A DNA stretch of 11,778 nt from Okeania sp. (GTDB lineage Bacteria > Cyanobacteriota > Cyanobacteriia > Cyanobacteriales > Microcoleaceae): NCBI RefSeq assembly GCF_035285525.1, contig NZ_JAYKGW010000114.1, positions 1-11,778 on the forward strand. The letters run 5' to 3'. Of this stretch, positions 1 to 7,900 are shown piece by piece. The notes below the pieces were generated by a model. The model saw only the letters and a program-made list of their open reading frames with translations, searched no databases and was not told the DNA's origin. The position numbers were made by a program, and so were the translations under genes. How positions within the stretch are numbered: the first letter of the stretch is position 1; each line of letters opens with the position of its first letter.

Positions 1-135
1 TTCTGGGTCAATTGATTGCAGTAATGTGGCCACTAATTTTGATGATGATATTTTTGGCGTCATGGGTAATATTTTACCATACTAGCTGCACTTTTTCTCT
101 TCTTACCCCAATTTATTGAGCGGATACGGGGAGGA

Positions 136-1341
136 TTGCATTTTAGTCTTCATGTTCCCAATCCCAATGGTGGCAGAATTCGGGTTTCTATGAAGGAAAA
201 CGAAGCATCAGCACCTTGGCAAACTTTAACCACTATCCGCTCTCGCTTAAATGACACTGTTTTACGCAGGGATTCCCTCGAGCTGGTCAGTGGCAATTAT
301 GATACCGACTCACATCCTGCCGCTCACGAACCCAATCAAATTGGTTTTGCCACACAAGGTTTTGAAAACTTCCACTTTGAAGTACCAGATGATTTGCGAG
401 GCAAAACTGCAACACTTCGGTTTGAGTTAGAAGGAAATACCCCCATTTATCTTGATGATGTCTTCTTTCAAAGCGTTCATCTCAAACTAGGAAATCCCAC
501 CTTGACCGATCCTGCAGATGGAGCAAACCAACAAAAAGCGAGATTTGATGTAGCTCAACCCAACAACTATTTGATTGAAAAACCACAGTATGTCTTATCT
601 TACAATAACCGCGAAAGAGGACCAAACTGGGTAAGTTACCAACTGAATAACTCCTGGATTGGTGCGCAAGAACGCAGACAGAACGAAGCGTGGGATAGGG
701 ATTTTCAACTTCTACCACCACTAGAAGGAACTCAAGGACAATGGTACACGGGGACTGGAAGACAAATTCACAGAGGACACATGACTACGAGATCGCACCG
801 AAACAGAAATCTCAAAGATCAGCAATCTACTTTTTACACTAGCAGTATGCTTCCACAGCATGCCCATAATAATTCTGACAGTTTCCAATCGGCGTGGTAT
901 AACCTCGAAGGATATGCCCGAGATCAACTTGTTTTGACCGAGGGGAAAGAACTCTATATTATATCTGGTGGATTTGGTTCGGCACCTTTACCGAATAATC
1001 CACCGATTCCTGCCAATCATCCTCTCAGAGTAAATGGTATCAACTACCCCGAGGCAACTTGGAAAGTCATCGTAGTTCTTGAACCAGGTCAGGGCGTTGC
1101 AGATATTACAGAAGACACGCGAGTTATTGGTGTGATTACGCCCAACAATGCAAGACCAACCGATTTAACGCCAGAGCAATTGGAGGCTTGGCGCAACTGG
1201 GGAGAGTGGCGTTTCAGTGTTGACGATATTGAAAGTGTAACGGGACTAAACCTCTTGTCGAACATTCCCGAAGAAATTCAAGACCAAATTGAAGAAAGGG
1301 TAGACAATGGTCCTACCGAACGAACTGGCGTTGTGTCTTAG
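136..1341 (+). CDS. DNA/RNA non-specific endonuclease (Serratia nuclease/NucA family, beta-beta-alpha-Me) preceded by part of a beta-sandwich; 5'-truncated or frameshifted paralogue of the C-terminal module of the 4913-8119 product
   Basis: 401-aa ORF. HRGH at nt 769-780, then SSMLPQHAHNN and AWYNLE, matches the DRGH / Mg-ligand Asn / Glu pattern of the Serratia-NucA family. The tail ITPNNARPTD...WRNWGEWRFSVDDIESVTGLNLLSNIPEEIQ is typical of the family. The whole ORF aligns with roughly the last 440 aa of the 1068-aa protein, e.g. TATLRFELEGNTPIYLDDVFFQSVHLKLGNPT vs PAKLTFTLEGDSEVFIDNVFFKSAHIKLGNPT, and YVLSYNNRERGPNWVSYQLN vs YTVSYNTQTKTPNWVSWQVN. Start is uncertain (TTG 136 or ATG 190); the frame is closed upstream by TAA 67-69. 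Confidence 0.8.
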   Translation: MHFSLHVPNPNGGRIRVSMKENEASAPWQTLTTIRSRLNDTVLRRDSLELVSGNYDTDSHPAAHEPNQIGFATQGFENFHFEVPDDLRGKTATLRFELEGNTPIYLDDVFFQSVHLKLGNPTLTDPADGANQQKARFDVAQPNNYLIEKPQYVLSYNNRERGPNWVSYQLNNSWIGAQERRQNEAWDRDFQLLPPLEGTQGQWYTGTGRQIHRGHMTTRSHRNRNLKDQQSTFYTSSMLPQHAHNNSDSFQSAWYNLEGYARDQLVLTEGKELYIISGGFGSAPLPNNPPIPANHPLRVNGINYPEATWKVIVVLEPGQGVADITEDTRVIGVITPNNARPTDLTPEQLEAWRNWGEWRFSVDDIESVTGLNLLSNIPEEIQDQIEERVDNGPTERTGVVS

Positions 1342-1368
1342 CAAGAGCAGTTAGCTCGTTTTCGTAGA

Positions 1369-1396
1369 AGTCGTTCCTGCTATACCAGGAACGACT
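1369..1396. terminator. Hairpin between convergent genes (possible bidirectional terminator)
   Basis: Perfect 11-bp stem AGTCGTTCCTG (1369-1379) / CAGGAACGACT (1386-1396) with 6-nt loop CTATAC. It lies between the stop of the plus-strand nuclease gene (1341) and the stop of the minus-strand PRP gene (1511). No clean U-tract on either side. Confidence 0.4.
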
Positions 1397-1510
1397 GAAA
1401 TTCGATTGATACTGCATTTTATGTTTTTTTATCAAAATCATGGCAACCAAATGCTGAGTACAACTTCCCAAAATTCGCATTTTCAGAACAACAACCTGTT
1501 TATAGTCCAT

Positions 1511-2806
1511 TCATTCCGACCAATCAGGTCCGCATACGACATATCCATCCTCAAGAATTGTGTTCAAAAAGAAAGCTCCTATCCCACAATGCCAATTCTT
1601 AGCACCTTTAAAATTAGAGACCACCAATATAGCATTCTCCGTTGCAAATCCCCTACATTCTGCTCCCTCAAATTTAGCACCACTGAGAACAGCTTCAGTA
1701 GCATCAGCGTATATGAGGTCTGCTCTAGTCAAATCTGCTCCAGTCAAATCTGCTCCAGTCAAACTTGCGTAACTGAGGTCGGCGTAACTGAGGTCGCTAC
1801 CGAGCAACTTCGCACCCCTTAAATTCGCATAACTGAGGTCGGCACAACTGAAGTTACTCATAACCATCTTGACCCCCTTTAAATTGGCATAACTAAGATT
1901 GGCACCTCTAAAATCCACAGCACCTAAATCAGCTTCAAACAAATTGATCTCACTCAAATCTGCTTCAAACAGAGATTGACCCGTAAATCTGATCCTGACA
2001 AAATTTCTTTCACCTTTAGCATAGCGTGTCAGCAACTCCCCTGCATCTATAGGAATTTTCGGATCGGCATTATATACAATTTCCGAATTCAGATTCGCAT
2101 CAGTTAGATTAACACCTTCCAATTCTGTATATTCTAGATCGACATCGCTGAAATCGGCATCAACTAAGGTGACATCAGTAAGACGGGAATAGTACATAGT
2201 CGCTTCTTTAAGGTTAGCACCGTTGAAGTTGACTCGTTCCAAAATCGTATTAGTAAAATTTGCTTCTCTGAGGTCAGCACCGCTGAAATTGGTGTCAGTA
2301 ATCTGGCAATTACTAAAATCTGCTTCTCTGAGGTCAGCAATGTTAAAGTTCGCTTGAGTTATAACACAACTGCTGAAATCGGCTTTTTGTGCATCAGTCT
2401 GACTCAGGTCAGTTCCTACCAGAATAGTATTAGCTAGGTTAGCGTCATATAGACAAGCACTACTAAGAATAGCATTACTCAAATCTGCTCCTTTTAAATT
2501 TGCTCTCAATTCTGATTCTACTGGACTCAAGCGAGCATTTCGTAAGTTAGCACCTGTAAGATTAGCATCAACTAAGGTAGCCATTTCTAAATTAGCCATT
2601 TCTAAGTTGGTCTGGCTTAGGTTAGCACCTTCCAAGCGAATACCTCTTAAAAAACCCTTTCTCAGATTTGCCCCGCTTAAGTCAGCACCAGTCAAGTTAG
2701 CATATTCCAGTTTACCACCTCCAATATCTGGCTTCAAAAGCTCGAGTTGCTGAAAATCTCTTTCCCCACGAGCGTAGCGTAACCGTAATTCTTCTGCTGG
2801 TTTCAT
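1511..2806 (-). CDS. Pentapeptide-repeat protein, two-module (431 aa)
   Basis: ATG-initiated ORF made almost entirely of A(D/N)LxX-type pentapeptides, e.g. ANLTGADLSGANLRKG and SDLSYADLSYASLTGADLTGADLTRADL. Two modules each open with a cap motif: AEELRLRYARGERDF at the N-terminus and AGELLTRYAKGERNF internally. The C-terminal tail NFKGAKNWHCGIGAFFLNTILEDGYVVCGPDWSE is paralogous to the tail of the 163-aa PRP. Confidence 0.9.
   Translation of the reverse strand: MKPAEELRLRYARGERDFQQLELLKPDIGGGKLEYANLTGADLSGANLRKGFLRGIRLEGANLSQTNLEMANLEMATLVDANLTGANLRNARLSPVESELRANLKGADLSNAILSSACLYDANLANTILVGTDLSQTDAQKADFSSCVITQANFNIADLREADFSNCQITDTNFSGADLREANFTNTILERVNFNGANLKEATMYYSRLTDVTLVDADFSDVDLEYTELEGVNLTDANLNSEIVYNADPKIPIDAGELLTRYAKGERNFVRIRFTGQSLFEADLSEINLFEADLGAVDFRGANLSYANLKGVKMVMSNFSCADLSYANLRGAKLLGSDLSYADLSYASLTGADLTGADLTRADLIYADATEAVLSGAKFEGAECRGFATENAILVVSNFKGAKNWHCGIGAFFLNTILEDGYVVCGPDWSE
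1712..1797 (-). repeat. Intragenic 15-bp tandem repeats (one pentapeptide unit each) inside the 431-aa PRP gene
   Basis: AGTCAAATCTGCTCC is identical at 1727-1741 and 1742-1756, with degenerate flanking units. CGTAACTGAGGTCGG (1768-1782) is followed by CGTAACTGAGGTCGC (1783-1797). These encode ADLTGADLTGADLTRADL and SDLSYADLSYA. Confidence 0.9.
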
Positions 2807-2892
2807 AATTTAATAATTTAATAATAAGTCAATAATTTTCTGTTTCTGAATAGTCTAGCAAAAATTATGTACCATTTTCTCAACAACCATTA

Positions 2893-3384
2893 TTACTCCC
2901 ACAGGTAAGGCCCGCGCACGAACTCTCCATCAGGAAAGACTGTTTTGCAAATTAAAGCTCCCCTACCAATGCAACAGTTTTTAGCACCTTTGAGATTGGC
3001 AGCAACTAAGATTGCCCCCTCAAGCTTACATTCGAGAAGCTCGGCTTCTTTTAAGTCCGCACCAGTGAGAATAGCTTCTCTAAGATCGGCGTAACTAAGA
3101 TTAGTATTTGTCAAGTCTGCACCACTTAGATCGGTTTGCTTCAAGTTAGCGTGACTGAGAATTGCTCCCTTAAGGTTATTGCCCAGCATTTTGGCCTGAC
3201 TCAAGTTGGCACGAGTCAGATTTGTCTTTTCAAAACTGTTCGCGCCCATGATATCTGCTTCAGATAAATTTATCTCTGTTATATCTGCTTCGCTCAGATA
3301 CGCAGATAAGTGAATGCTAGTAAAATCCCTTTCCCCTATGGCATATTGTCGAAGCAAATCTTCGGTATTCAGGTTTTTCTTCAT
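2893..3384 (-). CDS. Pentapeptide-repeat protein, single module (163 aa)
   Basis: ATG start with cap EDLLRQYAIGERDF, then pentapeptide units (ANLSQAKMLGNNLKGAILSHANLKQTDLSGADLTNTNLSYADLREAILTGADLKEAEL). Tail NLKGAKNCCIGRGALICKTVFPDGEFVRGPYLWE. A strong Shine-Dalgarno sequence lies upstream. Confidence 0.9.
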   Translation of the reverse strand: MKKNLNTEDLLRQYAIGERDFTSIHLSAYLSEADITEINLSEADIMGANSFEKTNLTRANLSQAKMLGNNLKGAILSHANLKQTDLSGADLTNTNLSYADLREAILTGADLKEAELLECKLEGAILVAANLKGAKNCCIGRGALICKTVFPDGEFVRGPYLWE

Positions 3385-3390
3385 TATTGT

Positions 3391-3397
3391 TCTCCTT
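3391..3397 (-). promoter_or_regulatory. Ribosome-binding site of the 163-aa PRP gene
   Basis: The minus strand reads AAGGAGAacaataATG, i.e. AAGGAGA six nt upstream of the ATG at 3384-3382. Confidence 0.6.
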
Positions 3398-3613
3398 TTA
3401 AAAAAAAACTAACTGGTTTTGACTTCGTATCCAATCAAATTAATTTCTCTCTGGTCAACATTGAAAACAAAAATATCTTACATAGGCTTAGAAATACTGG
3501 TATTTCCTCCCCTAAAATTAGTATTTGTGAAGGGGAAATAGGGTTGAAAATATGCTAAAATTCAGTTTTTGAAGATGTATAATTTCTGACCTCAACAGCG
3601 ATTGCCTTCAACT

Positions 3614-3877
3614 TCAATCTGGCAGAATCGTCTTACCCTCAACGACTGCACCACTAAAATCTGCATTACTTAAATTAGCGTTGTCAAAGTTGACTTCTTC
3701 TAAAATAGCCCCGCATAATTGGGCATAACTCAGATTGACTCCCTTAAGAGAAACCTGATGAAACTTAGCACCGCTGAGGTCTGCTCCTTTTGAAAGCACT
3801 ATCAGTGATGCCGTTTAAGGTGGCAAAAAGTACATAGATTTATGATGGTTCTTCCATTGTGGAAGAATCGTCTTGAT
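3614..3877 (-). pseudogene. Decayed pentapeptide-repeat gene remnants (capless 61-aa fragment plus a C-terminal tail remnant)
   Basis: Read in the same frame as the upstream 303-aa PRP, past its TAA: IKTILPQWKNHHKSMYFLPP-stop (3818-3877), which resembles the PRP-303 tail NTILPDGTVKTDPHHAFL. Then TASLIVLSKGADLSGAKFHQVSLKGVNLSYAQLCGAILEEVNFDNANLSNADFSGAVVEGKTILPD-stop (3614-3814). The ORF track starts this piece at GTG 3799. It has no RYxxGERDF cap and no ATG. Confidence 0.6.
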
Positions 3878-4789
3878 TTAATCTCCTAGCTCCCACATTT
3901 TTCTCAGAAAGGCATGATGGGGATCGGTTTTAACAGTTCCATCAGGCAATATCGTATTGTAATATACAACACCTTCATCGCTACCAGTCAAGTTTTCAGC
4001 ATTGGTCATGTCAGTACCAGTAAGATTAGCGCCATCGAAAATAATAGAAGTTAAACGAGCGTTAGTTAAATTCGCATTAGTTAAGTTAGAACCAGACCAT
4101 TTTGTATAGTCTAAATTAGCGCCACTCAAATTGACATCGGTAAAATTGGTATCACTAAAGTCGGCAGATTCTAAATTAGCATTTTCCAGATTCGCATTAC
4201 TCAGGTTGACTTTATCAAAAATAACCCTCTCCAAACTGGCACCGCTTAAGTCAACATTTCGCAAGACTATCCCGTAGAATTTTCTTTCTCCTGCCGCATA
4301 ACGTCTGAGAAACTCTTCAGCAGTCAGAACTCGGTCGGGGTCATTTTCAATCTGGCCATCTGGCATTACAGTATTGCAAAAAAGAGCATCAGTTAAATTA
4401 GCATCAGTCAAATTAGCATCAGTCAAATTAGCACCAGTCAAATTAGCACCAGTCAAATCAACGAACTTCAAAATTGTGTTAGCCAAACTTGCATATATTA
4501 GATTGGCGTAACTCAGATTTGCTCTCTCCAAATTGCTATTTCTGAAATTAGTACCAGTTAAATTCGAGTTAGTTAGAATAGTATTCAGCAGACGACAACC
4601 ATTAAGATTGGTATAACTCAAATTAGCATCAGTCAAGTCAGTACGAGTCAAATGAGCATTACTTAGATCTGCATCGCTAAGATCGATGCTCGTCAGTTCG
4701 GTATCGCTTAGATCGACTGCTTTGAGAACGATTCCGCTAAAGTCTCTTTCTCCATCGTTATATCTTTTCAAAAATTCTTGAAGTTCCAT
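3878..4789 (-). CDS. Pentapeptide-repeat protein, two-module (303 aa)
   Basis: ATG start preceded by AAGGA. Cap QEFLKRYNDGERDF, pentapeptide units, first tail NTVMPDGQIENDP, second cap AEEFLRRYAAGERKF, more units, second tail NTILPDGTVKTDP. Confidence 0.9.
   Translation of the reverse strand: MELQEFLKRYNDGERDFSGIVLKAVDLSDTELTSIDLSDADLSNAHLTRTDLTDANLSYTNLNGCRLLNTILTNSNLTGTNFRNSNLERANLSYANLIYASLANTILKFVDLTGANLTGANLTDANLTDANLTDALFCNTVMPDGQIENDPDRVLTAEEFLRRYAAGERKFYGIVLRNVDLSGASLERVIFDKVNLSNANLENANLESADFSDTNFTDVNLSGANLDYTKWSGSNLTNANLTNARLTSIIFDGANLTGTDMTNAENLTGSDEGVVYYNTILPDGTVKTDPHHAFLRKMWELGD
4386..4460 (-). repeat. Five tandem 15-bp units inside the 303-aa PRP gene
   Basis: GCATCAGTTAAATTA / GCATCAGTCAAATTA / GCATCAGTCAAATTA / GCACCAGTCAAATTA / GCACCAGTCAAATCA, contiguous over 4386-4460, encoding DLTGANLTGANLTDANLTDANLTDA. 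Confidence 0.9.
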
Positions 4790-4912
4790 AAGTTTTTCCT
4801 TGAACGCTACTACAAATTCATTGTAACACGAGCGATGCCATTACTACATCCTGACAGCAAATGAAATGATTTCAGTTCAAATAATTATAAGCGGGAGTCA
4901 TTTCTACCGGAA

Positions 4913-7900
4913 TTGAATATTTCTGAGAAACGGAATTTGCTGACTAGACCTTGGAATGGAATTGGTGATTTTAATCCGAAGCGCATCTTGACCGCAACTT
5001 GGAAGCTAGATACAGTAACGGATACAGGAAAGTGGTATGGCCACGATGGCCAAACTGAAATTTCTCTGCCCACAAGCGGTCTGCCTAACACTAACTCTAG
5101 CTTGACTCTGCCAGAAGAATTGACTTTGACTGCAGGGCAGACTTATCATTGGGCAGTTGAAGTTATCGATCGCAATGGAAATTCGGAGCTTGAGTCTCGC
5201 AGTTTCCAGACCGAAAATTCCGAACATAATCTTGACAATACTTTCAGCAGCGTCAGCGTGGTTACTCATGGCTTTAAATTGCCTACAGAAAGTCCGGGAA
5301 TACCCGATAATATTTACAACTTAGGCAATAATATCGCTGAGTCTGGTGGCGAGGGTTTAATGATGAGGTACAATCGCCAAACAGGTGGTTGGGATGCCAT
5401 TGACAAAGAGGGCCGCCTTTTGTCAGATGTTAAGATTTCTGATTATTACGGTAAACCTTTAGTGTTACTAACTGATTGGTCTTCTGATAACCAATCGTCA
5501 ATTCCTGACTCTGGTTTCAGTGAAGGAGCAGCAGATGCTTTCTTTGCTTCTCTGGTTCAACTCGACCAACAATTAGGAGGAACAGTTGCAAATATTGAGG
5601 GCAAACTGGTCAACAAACATGGTGCTGTTTTTGACTCCCCGTTACATTTTATTGGTTTCAGTCGTGGTGCTGTAGTCAATAGCGAAATGATTCAGAGGAT
5701 TGGAACTCACTTCCCCCATGCTGGAGGACCACTCAACGCGGATGGTACTCCTCAAGTGGATTCTGAAGGTTCCGAAATTCGGGATTTACAAATGACAACT
5801 ATTGACCCCCATGATTTTGAACAGCCTGGGTTTTCTTTCCCAGAATGGATCCCATTCATAGGTGGAGAAGGATTTGGTGATTTCAACGATCCAGAAGTAC
5901 AGGTTTGGGAGAATGTTACCTTTGCAGATAATTACTATCAGACTGTACCGAAGTTAGACCCTAATTTCTTAGAATTGACAGCAACGCCAGCAGGTCGCTT
6001 GATTGAGAATGCAGATTTGAATATCTTTTTGGGTACGAACTCCGCTGAAGAGAATTATGAGAATAGTCGAGCTGGTTTTACTAGGGAAACTGATGGCAAC
6101 TTCTGGCCTATTGCTCCTAGTTTTCCCTGGGAATTTGATAAGAAGTTGCCCCTAGCAGGTCGTGGTGCAGTTCACGGACGGGTGCTTTCTTGGTATGATG
6201 GTACTACTAATTTGTCGGTGACGAAATCCCCAGATGAGTTGTATCGTCGTTTGGGAGATGGACATCACAACCATTTATATGACTCAGATTTTTCGGGGGT
6301 GGCGAATCCTTGGTACACTCCAGACCATAATAAGGCTACTTTTGAGTTAGGGGATAAGAATGCACCGTGGGAAGGTATCGGTACAGGTTGGTTTTATTCA
6401 GTGCTTGGTGGTGGTAAGGATTTGCGGCCGGAGTCGAAGTTGTCGGAGCGGGTGTCTATGAGTTTTGATAATACTAGCGATCGTGAAAGTCAAGGTGATT
6501 TTGCAGTACCGACTTTGTTTAATGGTAATTTTGATGCAGTTTTTAATCCTAATGGTTTACTGCGTAATTCTCTTTCTGATGGGATTCCGGGATGGTCTGG
6601 AAGTAGTCCTTCAAACTCATCGTCTTCTGATAGTGGAAGTAGCGCCAATGTCAATTCATTAGTTGAATGGAGTAACATTGGTTTACCACTACGGTATCGG
6701 CAGGGTGCTGGTTATGATGGAACTACAGCCAACTATGCCTTGAAACTAGATAGTAATTTCCCAAAAATCACTCATAATCCTTTTGTTATACCTGAATGGG
6801 GGAATTTAAGGTTTGATGTTTATGCTCCTAAAGAAAGTGGGAAGTTGAAAGTACAACTGGAAGTTGAAGGGGCTAATATACCAGTCAAGACAATAGATTT
6901 GGCTATAGATGCTGGTACGGTTCAAATAGGAGATAAACAAAAAGTTGATAAAATCAAAGAAATATATGGAGACAATGTTAATAGTATTGGATATAGAAGA
7001 AAGGGCGGATTTGAAACCTTCCAATTTCCCTTTCAAAAACTCTCTAGCGATGAATGGAAGAAATTTATGGGAAAACCAGCTAAATTAACATTTACTTTGG
7101 AAGGAGATTCTGAAGTTTTCATAGACAATGTTTTCTTCAAAAGCGCTCACATTAAGTTAGGAAATCCGACTAATGCACGATGGGATGCGACTCAAGAAAC
7201 ACCAACAAATTTGCTAGTAGAAAAACCAGGTTATACAGTTTCTTATAACACTCAAACCAAAACACCAAACTGGGTAAGTTGGCAGGTTAACAAAACATGG
7301 ACTGTGCCAAAGAAAGCCAGACTGGGTATTGAATTTATAGACGATCCTTTCTTCTCTTTGCAATCATCCCATCCTAATTGGCCAAAAGTAAATGGAACAA
7401 TATTTACGGGCTTAGGGATGGATAGAGGTCATTTAATTCCAGACAGAGACAGAAACAGAAATCCAAAGGATACCATAGAAACTTACATGGGAAGTAATTT
7501 AATTGCACAATCAATGGATAATAATCGACGATTTACAGACATTCCATTGACTGGTTCTGCTTGGTTTAACATCGAAAAAATGATAGGCAATGATGTTGAG
7601 GCTGGAAAAGAGTATTACGTTGTCGCTGGAAGTTTAGGTAATGACTGGAGTTCACAGAAAAAAAGTAATGCACCAGAATTGCTTGAAAAGCTAATAAATC
7701 AGGGAGATACAAATCCTCAAAAATTTAACAATAATATTTCAATTCCTGAATGGACTTGGAAGAACGCGATCGCTTTACCGAAACCGGGTATGGAGGTTAC
7801 ATCAGAAGCAGAGGCATTTGTGTATATTACGCCTAATCATGCAGAACCAACAGACAATGAGTTGCCGATAGAACATCCACTCAATCAATTGTTGGGTGAA

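Noticed and set aside
3-119. Left-edge open frame encoding hydrophobic LGQLIAVMWPLILMMIFLASWVIFYHTSCTFSLLTPIY-stop (possible 3' end of a membrane-protein gene)
   Set aside because: Only 38 codons are visible and the region is T-rich, so several frames read as hydrophobic. It overlaps the alternative leader reading for the first nuclease gene and cannot be resolved from this window.
482-927. Minus-strand ORFs 482-721 and 721-927
   Set aside because: They are embedded antisense in the nuclease CDS, which has strong motif support. They are short and show no recognisable features.
1313-1510. Minus-strand 65-aa ORF in the convergent intergenic region
   Set aside because: It overlaps the hairpin at 1369-1396 and the 3' end of the nuclease gene. 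It shows no motif and fits better as a non-coding terminator region.
1342-1510. NuiA-type nuclease inhibitor gene downstream of either nuclease gene (also checked at 8120-8674)
   Set aside because: Neither position has a co-directional ORF of suitable size. Both regions are hairpin- and repeat-rich non-coding DNA. Absence in the window does not exclude a copy elsewhere in the genome.
1406-1822. Plus-strand ORFs (1406-1822 and 1560-1772) with repetitive peptide such as CSSQICSSQICSSQTC
   Set aside because: They lie antisense to the 431-aa PRP gene. The periodic peptide is simply the reverse-strand reading of the 15-bp pentapeptide units. The minus-strand ORF is longer, ATG-initiated and has a clear family signature.
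3310-3558. Plus-strand 82-aa ORF
   Set aside because: It starts antisense inside the 163-aa PRP gene and runs through that gene's RBS and promoter region. The peptide is low-complexity and AT-driven.
1712-4460. CRISPR array interpretation of the regular short repeats
   Set aside because: The 15-bp units are contiguous with no spacers, lie inside ORFs and encode the pentapeptide motif. The repeat length is far below CRISPR repeats.
4790-4912. Specific -35/-10 promoter calls in the divergent PRP-303 / nuclease intergenic region
   Set aside because: Several AT-rich hexamers (e.g. TATAAG at 4886-4891, CTGACA at 4851-4856) exist, but none has consensus spacing. Promoters cannot be called reliably by eye here.
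4913-5000. Sec/Tat signal peptide or lipobox at the N-terminus of the 1068-aa protein
   Set aside because: MNISEKRNLLTRPWNGIGDFNPKR is hydrophilic with no hydrophobic core and no twin-arginine or Cys lipobox. The true start remains uncertain, so this is a provisional negative.
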